Below are positions 8,768 through 18,857 of a DNA stretch of 38,015 nt, piece after piece. Every line of letters begins with the position of its first letter. Positions within the stretch are counted from its first letter, which is position 1. Position numbers and translations under genes: made by a program. The stretch is from a virus, in the IMG/VR virus record IMGVR_UViG_3300024581_002691, positions 1-38,015 of that record. The stretch is one strand, 5' to 3'. Below the pieces are notes generated by a model that saw only the letters and a program-made list of their open reading frames with translations, was not told where the DNA came from and made no database searches.

Positions 8768-9996
8768 TCAAAGCCTAAAAATTTAATCTCTTGAGTTTGA
8801 GCTGATACAGCAGGAGCACTAGGCTCCTCCGGCAAAAACTCTTCGATATCGAACTCAAGCGGATCCCCTTTGAATTTCCTTAACCGCTTTCCTCTTTCTA
8901 AATCGTTTTTAGCGACCCTTTCGAATCTTTCTAGAATGTTCAAGTTAGCTTCCACTGTATTCCCTAGTTGCGGCCCTACACCCTGCAATAACGCAATATC
9001 AGCATCTGAGAGTACACCTCCACCTAAAAGCTCGTCTTTTCTTCTTAACACAAACTCATTGATAGCAGAGTTTAGCGCTTCTGCATCTGCATCCCTAATC
9101 CCGGGAATCAAACCGCCTGCTTGCTGTCTAGCAGCAGCAAGCCTACCTGTTTTTATTGATTGCAGCGCCTTTCTAAGGGATGATACTTCTTTTAATGTCT
9201 TCTGACCTTGCCTTGCCGCACCAAAAACGGTTTTTCTTAATTCTTGTCGATCTTTAGCAATCTGCGCTTTTGCCGCTCTCGCACCTGCGCCCTCACCGCT
9301 TACCTCTACACCGAATTTCCTCGCTTGTGATATTGCCAATGCTCTATCCGATCCGGTCAGCTCTTCGCCAGCAGGTGATGTTACTCTAGTGCCGCCATCT
9401 TTCAGAACCTGAACTGTTGTACCGTCCGGAAGTATTTCGCTTGACTGTACTTGAGCTGGAGTGACAACATCGCCCTCGTCTTCAAATATAACTCTGCCGG
9501 TCACCGGATCAACGATCCTGCCGCCAACCACAACACCTTTGCTCTGATCAACGGAGCTAGTAAACGCAGCTAACAATTGCCTTGCTTGTTCTCCCTGCCC
9601 GCTTGCGACCAAATCTATAATTTCTTGTGAGTCTGAAGAATCCCGACCTTGTAGTTTAAGCGCGTTTACTCTTCCCTGGTAGAAGTTGAGAAAACCCTGT
9701 TCATTACCTGTTTGTAAGTAATTCAAGCCTACGCGAGCATCACGAATAAAGTCGTTAACACCCTGGGCATCTTTGGCTCTAATCTGCTCCTGAATAGTTG
9801 TGTATAGCTCCGGTGCAATACCGCTTAATTCTTCTAAAGCTTCGCCGCCTCCGGTCCTAAGCGCTTCGCCTGCCAGGGTTCTTGCTCGCTCCTGTCTTCC
9901 CGTTTCTTTGGCTACATCAAACGACCGCTGAAAACGGCCAAGAATATCTGCCGGTTTTTGATTTAATATAGCTTCTGCTAATACTGGTGATACCAT
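8764..9996 (-). CDS. internal virion / ejection-type protein (putative)
   Basis: 410 aa, low-complexity A/G/Q/E-rich, 4-nt overlaps on both sides. Contains LGGGVLSDADIALLQ, which is shared with ORF 19008..19217. Confidence 0.5.
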   Translation of the reverse strand: MVSPVLAEAILNQKPADILGRFQRSFDVAKETGRQERARTLAGEALRTGGGEALEELSGIAPELYTTIQEQIRAKDAQGVNDFIRDARVGLNYLQTGNEQGFLNFYQGRVNALKLQGRDSSDSQEIIDLVASGQGEQARQLLAAFTSSVDQSKGVVVGGRIVDPVTGRVIFEDEGDVVTPAQVQSSEILPDGTTVQVLKDGGTRVTSPAGEELTGSDRALAISQARKFGVEVSGEGAGARAAKAQIAKDRQELRKTVFGAARQGQKTLKEVSSLRKALQSIKTGRLAAARQQAGGLIPGIRDADAEALNSAINEFVLRRKDELLGGGVLSDADIALLQGVGPQLGNTVEANLNILERFERVAKNDLERGKRLRKFKGDPLEFDIEEFLPEEPSAPAVSAQTQEIKFLGFE

Positions 9997-11057
9997 TATC
10001 CTAATCCACCTAATAAGTTGCCAGCGAACCCTGCTATTTGGCTCAAGGTTTGGCCGCTTCTATTTGATGATGCAATACCCCGCAGACCAGCAAGTTCGGC
10101 TTCTTCTTGCCGCGCTTGAATTTGCGGAGCAACAGCCCCCAATCTAATGTTAGCAATCTGAGTGCCGAGACCTGATTGTATTTGTGACTCGCCAACCCTG
10201 CCTTGCTCTCTCAACTGAGATACTGACGAGCTAAGACCGCGTGATGCGGCTACTAACGGCTCTAACTGTTCAAGCCTACGCTGTATTAAATCGGCTTGTT
10301 GTGCCCCAGCTAATTGACTAGCCGCTAGTAACGATGCGCCGCTACCGAGGTCTCCTGCTGCATTGGCTTGTCTCAGAAACTGCTTTCTTTGACGTTCTTG
10401 TTGCTGTCTATCGAAATCAGAAACGGGTATTGAGCTAATCGCTTGCTGCTGCGCTTCTTGTCCACCCAATCCTAGAAGATTACTACGCTCCTCTAAAGCC
10501 CTTAGATCAATCAGCTCCTCGAGAGGCCCAACACCTTCTTGAGTTGCCAGTTGCGCTAGTCTAAGCTGCTCCTGTGATCCTCCCCTAAGTATATCGATTG
10601 CGGGGTCGGTGCGAGCTTCAATTAGCTCATCAATACTAGAAAAACTCGCTTCTGGCCCTACACCAGTCCCTTCAGTAAATAATTGTAGCGGAGCCGAACC
10701 GGAGAAATTTAAACCACCGCCTTGTTCTATCGCATTGAAAAGTCCTGAACTATCGCGAAGATTCCCGCCCTCTATTTGCGCTATAAAATCATCTATTTGT
10801 TGTATGCTAAGTGGACTTATTTTAGATATTTGCTCCTCTGGCACACCTTGTAATTCACTTTTTATTAGTCTTAGCTGGCTAGCTGTAGGGCGATTTCTTA
10901 GCGTAGTAAAAAGGCCCTGCAACCGCCGCTGATCAACTGGAGTCCTGACTACTTGATCTAAAGCAGATGGCTGCATAGATGAAAAAGCAACCTCACCTAG
11001 TGGTGTTCTCACAGCATTACGATTATTGCCGACTAACGGATTATAAGTTCTAGCCAT
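9996..11057 (-). CDS. internal virion / ejection-type protein (putative)
   Basis: 353 aa, Q/L/G/A-rich, 1-nt overlaps with both flanking genes. Confidence 0.5.
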   Translation of the reverse strand: MARTYNPLVGNNRNAVRTPLGEVAFSSMQPSALDQVVRTPVDQRRLQGLFTTLRNRPTASQLRLIKSELQGVPEEQISKISPLSIQQIDDFIAQIEGGNLRDSSGLFNAIEQGGGLNFSGSAPLQLFTEGTGVGPEASFSSIDELIEARTDPAIDILRGGSQEQLRLAQLATQEGVGPLEELIDLRALEERSNLLGLGGQEAQQQAISSIPVSDFDRQQQERQRKQFLRQANAAGDLGSGASLLAASQLAGAQQADLIQRRLEQLEPLVAASRGLSSSVSQLREQGRVGESQIQSGLGTQIANIRLGAVAPQIQARQEEAELAGLRGIASSNRSGQTLSQIAGFAGNLLGGLG

Positions 11058-11785
11058 TATGCGGGCTTCCTATTCATTAAAGTGCCAAAAGCTGTTCCGG
11101 CCAAACCTGCTAAATCTTCTAGCACACCAGTTTTGTATTGCTGTGATACAACATCACTCAACAGCCTGCCCTCTCTAGCGCCTGATGATAATTGCGCCAA
11201 TTGTGGGGCCTGCCCGATTAATACGCCAGCACGCTGGGCCGCTTGACTGCCGGCTAGATCACCTAGCCTCTGAAAACCTCTACGTCTTGCTTGTGCGACA
11301 TCAGCTACACCCGCTAAACCCTGTTGACCAGCGCCTAATCGTGCTTGGGTCATTGCCGGTGACATGCCCTGAGCAGTCAACCCAGCCTGATTTTCAAGTT
11401 CTTCACCTACGGGACCGGATAGATTAAACTCTGGCCTGCTTCTCACAAAATCAGTAGATGCTTGTCTGATCGATTGTGTGAACGCGTCATCAACGGGCAA
11501 GCCGGAAAGAATCTCTTCTTGAGCTTGCAAAAATGCGTTACTATCAGCAAATGGCGTTAACGCTTCCTCGGCTTCTACTGCTGCCATTCCGGCCGTTACC
11601 GCTGCATCTTGGTTTGCTCTTAAAATATCCGCTTCCGCTTCTCTCCCGGCTGCTGCCAGTTGTTCAGCCGACTGTATATTGGCTCGCGTCATGCGCTCTA
11701 TTGCTTTTTCCTTGGCCTTCTTTTCTTTTTCTTTGGTTTTTATTCCGGCCAACGTCCCAACGACTGCACCCACTAGTCCGAACAT
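11057..11785 (-). CDS. internal virion / ejection-type protein with hydrophobic N-terminus (putative)
   Basis: 242 aa. MFGLVGAVVGTLAGI is followed by a Lys/Glu coiled-coil region and an Ala/Gln-rich region. Confidence 0.45.
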   Translation of the reverse strand: MFGLVGAVVGTLAGIKTKEKEKKAKEKAIERMTRANIQSAEQLAAAGREAEADILRANQDAAVTAGMAAVEAEEALTPFADSNAFLQAQEEILSGLPVDDAFTQSIRQASTDFVRSRPEFNLSGPVGEELENQAGLTAQGMSPAMTQARLGAGQQGLAGVADVAQARRRGFQRLGDLAGSQAAQRAGVLIGQAPQLAQLSSGAREGRLLSDVVSQQYKTGVLEDLAGLAGTAFGTLMNRKPA

Positions 11786-11786
11786 T

Positions 11787-12041
11787 TTATGACCTCGCTA
11801 CCCAACCGGTATCACCCTCACCGGTTTCTTTGAAATATATACCTGACCCAGCGCCGGCGGAAGTATCTACATACCATCTGCCCGTAGTCGCCACGACCAC
11901 CCCCTCAGGACTTCCTGAACCGGTAAATGGAGGCTTAACCGCTTCCGTAACTTGATCGATCCAGTTATAAAAAATAGTGGTCGGAATACCATTCTCGACG
12001 ATTTCCTCGGTAATATTGGGTGCTTGTATTTCTTCAGCCAA
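11787..12041 (-). CDS. small virion-associated protein (hypothetical)
   Basis: 84 aa. GSPEGVVVATTGRWYVDTSAGAGSGIYFKETGEGDTGW resembles a motif common in phage fibre and knob proteins. Sits directly after the gp10-like gene. Confidence 0.4.
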   Translation of the reverse strand: MAEEIQAPNITEEIVENGIPTTIFYNWIDQVTEAVKPPFTGSGSPEGVVVATTGRWYVDTSAGAGSGIYFKETGEGDTGWVARS

Positions 12042-13545
12042 TGTCGGCCTCCGCTTTTATCAATACTGATTTTGTCGGGCTAGACACCTCAAATTTTAAC
12101 ACACGGTCACGGCTAAAATTCCCCAGTCTTGGCCAAACAACTCGCTTTTTATATTCGCCTATTTTACCCATTGACTTAGCCAAGAAACCTTTGAATATCC
12201 GGCCACCATCATCCGACCACGCAAACGTCATTTTAGGGTCCGATCCGCCTGTTCCAAAAACATCTTCACCAAGCTGGTTTTCTCCAGTTTTGATTTGTAT
12301 ATCATTAGCAAGGCCGACACCGTTTTCAACAACTGCTTCTATAGCTGCAACAGAAACCGGCTCACCCTGGTTATCAAATGGCCTTGTTGTCACAAATCTC
12401 GGCGTTAACGTTCCGTATTCTAAGTATTCATCCTCATCGAGGATGCCGATATTGCCTGATAATGTATCCCCTACCAAGTTCACACCGTACGCTTTCAGAA
12501 TATGTGAGACTCTATAACCGGCTAGTTCTTGATTTTGTATAGACTGTCGCTCATGCCACCTGCTATTAGTCGCGTCATAAACATACGTTGTGTTTGTCGT
12601 TGCTATGCCTAACATATAAGCACCGTTAACAGAGTATACCCACGAGTACACATTCTGCTCTGCTAGCTCTAGGTCTATTTTCGCAATCTCGTTATCTATC
12701 GCTGTTGTTGATAACTTCTGCTTTCTGCCACCGGACACTAACCAAACAGCCGGGGACTCATTCTCACCCGACCCTACAAAAGCCAGGTTAGACCCGAACT
12801 TAACAATCGTTTGCGGTGCATCAATCCCAACATCCAACACGCCACCACTACGTGCAACAAACGGGGAAGGTACGCGGGCGCGATCTCGGTATATCTGAGT
12901 AGTCTGTTGACCGAAAACATATAACTCGTCATTTAATACACCTAAGCCACGAATCTGGTCTGGGTCGGCATTAGCAACGTTAAAATCTAGTGCATCATAA
13001 CCAGTTAACCCGTTATTCAACGGTGAATTAAAGAACTTCTTGCCGTCTGACTTATGAAATACAAAATAACCTGACGCATAGACAACAGACGATGCTGGAC
13101 CATCGAAATTAGGGTCGGTTATTTCCGTGAGTGTGTCAGGGTCGGCGGTAAATATATAACTTTTACCGGTCGTTTCTATATCGGGCACTGCCACAATGCA
13201 CATCTGCGTACCGTTGTCTGCAATATATACCCGTCTTATTCCTGGTATAGTACCCAGATTAGTTAAACTGTATTGATATTCACCATCAATTAGCGTTCGG
13301 TTTAATCTGTATAATGTTTGACTAATGACATAATACGGCACGTCTTGGAACAAGTGCACACCACGGCATCTATCTAATACAGACCCTGTGACTATTTCAC
13401 GAATGCCCTCGACAGGGAACAAATTAGCATCAGTAATAGTATTAGTTTGCGGGACATTTGGCCGCCAATTAACACACCGCTGGTTGCTGATCGGCAAAGA
13501 ATCGGATACGTAAAACCCCTGACCAATCGGTAAAGTGGTCCTCAC
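12034..13545 (-). CDS. P22 gp10-like tail hub / packaged-DNA stabilisation protein
   Basis: 503 aa, close to P22 gp10 in size. Position after the gp4-like genes. The C-terminal ...RVVWPRLGNFSRDRVLKFEVSS... resembles the gp10 family C-terminus as I recall it. Confidence 0.55.
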   Translation of the reverse strand: MRTTLPIGQGFYVSDSLPISNQRCVNWRPNVPQTNTITDANLFPVEGIREIVTGSVLDRCRGVHLFQDVPYYVISQTLYRLNRTLIDGEYQYSLTNLGTIPGIRRVYIADNGTQMCIVAVPDIETTGKSYIFTADPDTLTEITDPNFDGPASSVVYASGYFVFHKSDGKKFFNSPLNNGLTGYDALDFNVANADPDQIRGLGVLNDELYVFGQQTTQIYRDRARVPSPFVARSGGVLDVGIDAPQTIVKFGSNLAFVGSGENESPAVWLVSGGRKQKLSTTAIDNEIAKIDLELAEQNVYSWVYSVNGAYMLGIATTNTTYVYDATNSRWHERQSIQNQELAGYRVSHILKAYGVNLVGDTLSGNIGILDEDEYLEYGTLTPRFVTTRPFDNQGEPVSVAAIEAVVENGVGLANDIQIKTGENQLGEDVFGTGGSDPKMTFAWSDDGGRIFKGFLAKSMGKIGEYKKRVVWPRLGNFSRDRVLKFEVSSPTKSVLIKAEADIG

Positions 13546-15137
13546 AGCTTGACCCTAAACTTAGCATCGGTGACTAATATATTGTCCGCTGTATCATCGT
13601 TTTGAATCCATATTTCTAAAAAATCATTAAAAACTAGTGGCAACTCCCACATAGTTGTCATTGTCCGCGGATCATTTGCTGCTAGCTCCTGCACTTGACC
13701 ACTATCTAATATAACAGTCGGCACAGGCTGTGTATCGACATTTCCCTTCGCAAGGAATACTGTGCAGTCATCGACGGCGTTAAAAATACCTGCAGCTATT
13801 ACAATATCAACAGACACACAAATCATAGACTCACCAACATATACGATACGTCCCGTGGCATCTGTCGTAAAGAAACTAGACAGCTGCTCAATGAATGTGC
13901 CCGTTACTTTTACTGGGGTTCCTGATCCAGATATAATAGTATCAGTGCCGTTACCATTCATGGTAACAAATGACACTTTAATGGTGTCGTCTATGCCTGA
14001 GTTTTGCGTGAAAAAATACCTGATATCATCAGACGTTATATTTTGAAGTGCAACAACGCCACCCACAAACTCACAAGACGTTACTCTAGCAACAGTTCCA
14101 GTGACCATGTTGCCATTATTAGCAAGCCCTGAAATACCAAAACCGCCTGGGGCGTTACAGATAACATTCTGTATCTCTAGCGTGCTAAATACGTTAGTGC
14201 CAAGATCAACACCGACAAAAGCAGGGTCTGCACTAATAAGATTTTGTCTAACTAGCGACATGATAGGCATTATTGTTCCCGTTGCCTCATAACCTGCACT
14301 AAGCCCCTGGAAAGCACAAAAGTCAGCTGTTAACGCTAATACGTTGCTAACTTCGGCAACTTTAGAAACCAACCCCTGTACAGCTTCAATATTTATAAGG
14401 GACGCTGGCGCTGTATTGGTGAAGCTCAACATAGTAGCATTAGGAGCCACAACCAGTGTGTTGCGTATTGCAAAGTTACCTGTGTCTGTGCCCTCAAATA
14501 GATTCCCGCCACCCAGATAAGTAAGTGATGCGGCATACTGAATACTGTTTATCACAGTTGGACCGGAAACAGAAAACGGATTAGTAACAATAACATTGGC
14601 CCCGATGAAATACTCCTTACCAGGAGTTAAAGGAATCCTGCCACTAACAGCATCTGGGAAATCAGCCTCTGAGTTAATAACCACCCTGTTCTCTGGTGCA
14701 ACAACAAGCGCACCTGTATTACTAACTGTTATTGTGCCGTTAGCACTAGCAACATTAATTCCTGCACCGGCTGATATACTCCGCCACGCCAGCTGACTAG
14801 CAAAAACATCATCAACTAGCGTCTCGCCGGTGTTGTCGAAAGTGAAGTTAGTCGATAGCTCAATGCTGTTTTGTACATCTATATTAGCGTTTATTCCCTG
14901 CCCTGGAACTAAGTTGCGAATAGCATTGACTGTGCCCTGAATATCAAGCACTGGCACGCCAGCAGGGTTACCCTCTTGAACAATAGAGCCAGTTGCACCG
15001 ATAGCATTGAGGAAATCAGCGTATGTAATCTTAAGGTTTTGACCATTAACGACAAAATCTAAAGTAGCAGACCCGTCAATCGTTGTCGTCGCATTAAAGC
15101 TACTCTTTTTTACGCCGGTGACTACGTTATTAGTCAT
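13542..15137 (-). CDS. tail-associated beta-helix-like protein (putative tailspike or fibre)
   Basis: 531 aa, Thr/Asn/Gly/Val-rich with short beta-strand periodicity. Encoded between the adaptor and hub genes. Confidence 0.4.
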   Translation of the reverse strand: MTNNVVTGVKKSSFNATTTIDGSATLDFVVNGQNLKITYADFLNAIGATGSIVQEGNPAGVPVLDIQGTVNAIRNLVPGQGINANIDVQNSIELSTNFTFDNTGETLVDDVFASQLAWRSISAGAGINVASANGTITVSNTGALVVAPENRVVINSEADFPDAVSGRIPLTPGKEYFIGANVIVTNPFSVSGPTVINSIQYAASLTYLGGGNLFEGTDTGNFAIRNTLVVAPNATMLSFTNTAPASLINIEAVQGLVSKVAEVSNVLALTADFCAFQGLSAGYEATGTIMPIMSLVRQNLISADPAFVGVDLGTNVFSTLEIQNVICNAPGGFGISGLANNGNMVTGTVARVTSCEFVGGVVALQNITSDDIRYFFTQNSGIDDTIKVSFVTMNGNGTDTIISGSGTPVKVTGTFIEQLSSFFTTDATGRIVYVGESMICVSVDIVIAAGIFNAVDDCTVFLAKGNVDTQPVPTVILDSGQVQELAANDPRTMTTMWELPLVFNDFLEIWIQNDDTADNILVTDAKFRVKL

Positions 15138-15591
15138 TGTTATCCTCTTGAGCTATGTAATAACTTTGGCCGCGCTGATTAGTATAAAAGTTGTTTTGTA
15201 TATAGCCAGTATCTTGATAGTTTCCCGAACCAATCGGCAAAGTAGACGGAAATAGTGCAACACTGAGGCCGTCGATCGCTTGGCTGCGCATTGTCTCTAA
15301 GCTCTTGTCTGCCCAAAACTTAATCGCAGGGTTAAGCGGCTTCGTGTTGTATTGTGGCCATAGCGATACTGCTAAGTTTTTAACCATTCCCATATTGACA
15401 GTCATAGGAGTAGTTAATTGATCATCAACACTAGATAGCTCTGTGTAATTAACATCTACACCCTGGGCCTCTAACCTCGACATCATGCGATTTAGATAAC
15501 GCAGGCCATCACTAAGCTCGCCGTCTGATATTTCGTACTTTGATTGTACGACTTCCGCATGCGCTCTGGTTATTATCTCTCTAGCTATCAT
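15130..15591 (-). CDS. P22 gp4-like head-to-tail adaptor, paralogue B
   Basis: 153 aa. Shares YLN.MM, VKNLAV and PSTLP[IV]GSGNY with the upstream paralogue. Occupies the gp4 position after the capsid gene. Confidence 0.55.
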   Translation of the reverse strand: MIAREIITRAHAEVVQSKYEISDGELSDGLRYLNRMMSRLEAQGVDVNYTELSSVDDQLTTPMTVNMGMVKNLAVSLWPQYNTKPLNPAIKFWADKSLETMRSQAIDGLSVALFPSTLPIGSGNYQDTGYIQNNFYTNQRGQSYYIAQEDNND

Positions 15592-16166
15592 GGGCTTTCT
15601 GGAGCGATGTTGCCACCGATCTCGGTTAAAATAGCATCTCTAGGCTTATCATAAAAATGGCCAGGATAATTAGGATAATAATTGCCAGAACCAACTGGCA
15701 GCGTAGACGGGTAAGCAGCAAAGCCAACATCAGTGATTGAGATATCAAGTAGAGATTGGTACGTTTCTTGTGCTTGTTCGAACAATGACTGACTAGCCAA
15801 TGTGTTTTGATAAACTGGACTGATAGCAACGGCGAGGTTTTTTACTACCCCATCATAAGCTGATGACGGAATAGTAACCTCATCACCGAGGCTATCAATG
15901 TACGTATATCCTAAATTAATGCCGACGACTGAAAAATCAGCCATCATTGCATTAAGATAGAATATACCAACAGAGGCATCGTAAGATTCAATCGGAGTCT
16001 CCGCAGGAGAAACGATTATCTCACGTAGAGCATCATTTATTATCGTGCTCGCTGTCTCTGTCACTAGATGCCTCTTTAATTTTACGAGTGCGCTTTTTCT
16101 TCCAGCCTCTGGATAAAGCAAACTTATCCATTCTGTCAGTAGATGGGAGCTTAATCTCCCTTCCAC
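15588..16166 (-). CDS. P22 gp4-like head-to-tail adaptor, paralogue A
   Basis: The ORF opens at GTG 16166. GTG 16064 has a better SD (AGAGG, 6-nt spacer) and would give about 158 aa, matching paralogue B. Motif YPSTLPVGSGNYY. Confidence 0.55.
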   Translation of the reverse strand: MEGRLSSHLLTEWISLLYPEAGRKSALVKLKRHLVTETASTIINDALREIIVSPAETPIESYDASVGIFYLNAMMADFSVVGINLGYTYIDSLGDEVTIPSSAYDGVVKNLAVAISPVYQNTLASQSLFEQAQETYQSLLDISITDVGFAAYPSTLPVGSGNYYPNYPGHFYDKPRDAILTEIGGNIAPESP

Positions 16167-16189
16167 TTCCTCTTATCCAAGTAGTCATA

Positions 16190-16217
16190 AAATCAACCAA
16201 AAGGGGCATAAGCCCCT
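16190..16217 (-). terminator. rho-independent terminator or attenuator immediately after the major capsid gene
   Basis: On the minus strand, AGGGGC-ttat-GCCCCT followed by TTTTGGTTGATTTT, starting 5 nt after the capsid stop codon. Confidence 0.65.
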
Positions 16218-16221
16218 ACAA

Positions 16222-17499
16222 TTAAGTGCCGAATAATTGACCTGCAAAGAACGGATTCATCACGCCGTAAGCTGGGCGGAAATCAAAACGAATCTTTTGC
16301 TCGTTTTCTAAGAATCCAACACCCTTAGAAACTCTGAACTGCAAACCGTCTTCAGTGGTTGCAATAGTGTCTGTAGAATGCAATTTCTTGATTGGCACTG
16401 AGCCAATTGAAAACGCTTCTTTATGCCAGAACAGATTAGGCTGTATCAACTTATCCGCTGCGCCACCTAACGTAATAACATCACCTGAAAGAGGGGCTTG
16501 CGAAACAGTATTGTATTGACCGTTGGCTTCAAAAATCGCAGGACCTGTGACGATTAAAGTACCTTCTCCAGCACCACCCAAAGTTACCTCTTCAGTTACT
16601 GTGCCAGACCAAACAACAACATCCCCATTCTCATCGACAATCGGCTTTCTAGTAGAAAGATTAAGACGATTCACACCACCAGCAGCGGCTGTGATAGTGA
16701 CGGTTTCACCAGCTGCAACCACTAAGTTAGCTTCAAAGCCGGTAACCGCCATTTGCTGGGTCATAGTATCCTTAGCTGCTAAATAAGTAACAACTGGATT
16801 AGCGCTCAACGTACCATCTCTGTCGGCACCAGTTCCGGTCGTGTGACTAGATAACGTAGTCGCCGTCATTACTTTCATACCAGCGAAATTTTCTGTGATA
16901 GTAGCTTTCTGATTCGCTGTCATAGCTCCAGTCTCACCACCTAGAGAGCGCTGGTCAGATGCTAATTTACGCTGCGTGAATGGATTAACGACACAACACC
17001 AGACATTATCCATTGGAACCCCAGATGCTTGCATAACTGCACCAGCTTCAGCAACCTCATCCCAATTTGTGACACCAGTCCCCACGGTCCCAGCCAATAG
17101 AGCGGTATTCCTCTTCACAAAATCGGCAAAGTCTAGCTCTAGATCGGTTTTTATTCGAGTCGCCATGGGGGCTAATAACTCGTCTATCTGATCCATCTTG
17201 ATGGCTTCATCGGCTTCATCATAATCAACAAATGCCGTGAAATAATTCTGAACTACCCCTGATGCTTTACCTGTGATGATATCAGAAGGAGTATCCCCTG
17301 AAACATCACCTTTGGGCGTCCTAACCGTTACATAGTCTGTGGGTCTCTTAAAATCAACAGTATCTCCAGTTGACGGGTTAAACTTACCGGACAATAGTTG
17401 AGTGTTAACGTTCTTACTAATCACCCTATCATTGTCAAACTTCTCTAAAAAAACTCGCGCTAGAGGGCGCGTAATATTACTCTCGAAATCATTAGCCAT
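16222..17499 (-). CDS. major capsid protein (P22 coat-like)
   Basis: 425 aa, directly downstream of the scaffold-like gene and upstream of the adaptors. Followed by a terminator hairpin. N- and C-terminal regions resemble the P22-type coat family. Confidence 0.8.
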   Translation of the reverse strand: MANDFESNITRPLARVFLEKFDNDRVISKNVNTQLLSGKFNPSTGDTVDFKRPTDYVTVRTPKGDVSGDTPSDIITGKASGVVQNYFTAFVDYDEADEAIKMDQIDELLAPMATRIKTDLELDFADFVKRNTALLAGTVGTGVTNWDEVAEAGAVMQASGVPMDNVWCCVVNPFTQRKLASDQRSLGGETGAMTANQKATITENFAGMKVMTATTLSSHTTGTGADRDGTLSANPVVTYLAAKDTMTQQMAVTGFEANLVVAAGETVTITAAAGGVNRLNLSTRKPIVDENGDVVVWSGTVTEEVTLGGAGEGTLIVTGPAIFEANGQYNTVSQAPLSGDVITLGGAADKLIQPNLFWHKEAFSIGSVPIKKLHSTDTIATTEDGLQFRVSKGVGFLENEQKIRFDFRPAYGVMNPFFAGQLFGT

Positions 17500-17510
17500 C
17501 TGACTAACTC

Positions 17511-18308
17511 CTATTCAAATGTGGCACCTTTTGGCCCCCGCTGCTTCACGGGTGCTCCCATGCCTTCGACACGGGTAGCAGGCTTCGGCGCGTTGCTGGT
17601 TTTTGGTTTGAGAGAAGCGGCTTTTTGCTTAATTCCAGCAAGCATAACTCCAGCTTTAATTGGGTCAGCATTGACAATATCGTATAAATCTACCGGATTA
17701 GCGGCTAGATATTGCGTCATTAGCGGGCCGTCCGAGTCTTCAAGCAAATGCGTTGCGAGCTGCGGACTTACGCCGTAATCGACAATCGCATTTTGCGCTT
17801 TATCTAAAGCTTCTTGTGACACGCCTAGTTTTTTGCTGTTCTCTAAAAACTGAGACTGCAATGCTTGCGAACGCTCAAGCTCTTTTCTCTCTCTATCTCT
17901 TTGTGCTAAGGCATCGGCTTCTCTGCGTTGTGCAGCGTGTGCTGATGCTTGAGCTTTACGTTCGATAGCTTCTTCACGCTTACGCAATTTCTCCTCGTAA
18001 TCATCATCCCAAGAATCAGGACGAGGCGGGATTGTTACGTCATCGACAACAGTATTTTTGCTTTCTAGCTCTTTTAGACGCTGCTCTAGCTCTTCAGCTT
18101 TACGCTTCGCTTTTCGTGCTTCGAAAGCCTTTTCCGCTGTTCGTTTGCGCTCTTCTGCTATACGATCCTCTTCCGTAGGCTGCGGTTGAGCCGCTTCACC
18201 CGCTTGTTCCTGTTCGACTTGTTCGCTTTCAGCTTGTTGTTCTACTACTTCAGCATCTTGCGCAACATCGTTTTCTAGCTCTGTCATAGCTGTATTCTCC
18301 AGCATCAC
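17511..18308 (-). CDS. scaffolding protein
   Basis: 265 aa, highly charged Glu/Gln/Ala/Lys/Arg coiled-coil composition. Immediately upstream of the capsid gene. The start is GTG 18308 or ATG 18305. Confidence 0.7.
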   Translation of the reverse strand: MMLENTAMTELENDVAQDAEVVEQQAESEQVEQEQAGEAAQPQPTEEDRIAEERKRTAEKAFEARKAKRKAEELEQRLKELESKNTVVDDVTIPPRPDSWDDDYEEKLRKREEAIERKAQASAHAAQRREADALAQRDRERKELERSQALQSQFLENSKKLGVSQEALDKAQNAIVDYGVSPQLATHLLEDSDGPLMTQYLAANPVDLYDIVNADPIKAGVMLAGIKQKAASLKPKTSNAPKPATRVEGMGAPVKQRGPKGATFE

Positions 18309-18358
18309 TTAATTAGTCAGTGTGGGACATCGAGATATTGGTCTCGTACCGTGGTTAA

Positions 18359-18367
18359 AATATATCA
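18359..18367 (-). promoter_or_regulatory. candidate extended -10 promoter (TGaTATATT) for scaffold and capsid genes
   Basis: The minus strand reads ATATGATATATT about 50 nt upstream of the scaffold start. A near-identical ATATGATATAAT lies upstream of the first late gene (28868..28876). Confidence 0.3.
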
Positions 18368-18476
18368 TATATGAATACTATTGTGACGGTTTAACCGTTA
18401 GGGAATATCTATGCGATGAATTAGTACTATTGTGGTAGTATTTTATGTGGATTAGTCCTAAGCTTGGGGAAAGAAA

Positions 18477-18857
18477 ATGGTCAAACAAGAAAGTAACATG
18501 AAAGATAGTGATGATAATGAAGTGCTATTCGAGAGCCACGAGCTTTGCTACAAAATGTATGTGAATTCATCGGATTCCATATTTTGGTTTATTAATCTAT
18601 TAGCTACGTCAAAGCTGAACGGTAGCACAAGTATTTGTCGCATTCCAACTTTCTGCCCAGGGTTCTACCACTGGGATCCAATAGTAGAACCCTACGTTAT
18701 TGAACGATATAAATTCTTCCTGAGCGGGCGCGGAGAAAAACCATCACCAGTTTGGCTTACCGAATCCGGCGGTGAACATGCGATGGATATATTTAATATA
18801 ATTAAAGACTATTGCGATGAGCAACAAGATAAAGGAGAAGATGAAAGTGGAAAGTGA
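18477..18857 (+). CDS. hypothetical protein, first gene of an opposite-strand operon embedded in the late block
   Basis: 126-aa ORF. The GGGGAAAGAAAATG initiation region resembles those of early genes (GAGGAAACGAAAATG). Confidence 0.5.
   Translation: MVKQESNMKDSDDNEVLFESHELCYKMYVNSSDSIFWFINLLATSKLNGSTSICRIPTFCPGFYHWDPIVEPYVIERYKFFLSGRGEKPSPVWLTESGGEHAMDIFNIIKDYCDEQQDKGEDESGK

Noticed and set aside
16036-16188. 50-aa basic ORF (MTTWIRGSGREIKL...KKKRTRKIKE...) in an alternative frame at the 5' end of the first gp4-like gene
   Set aside because: It has no SD, and its ATG lies within the T-tail of the capsid terminator. It overlaps a region better explained by the gp4-like ORF or its leader.
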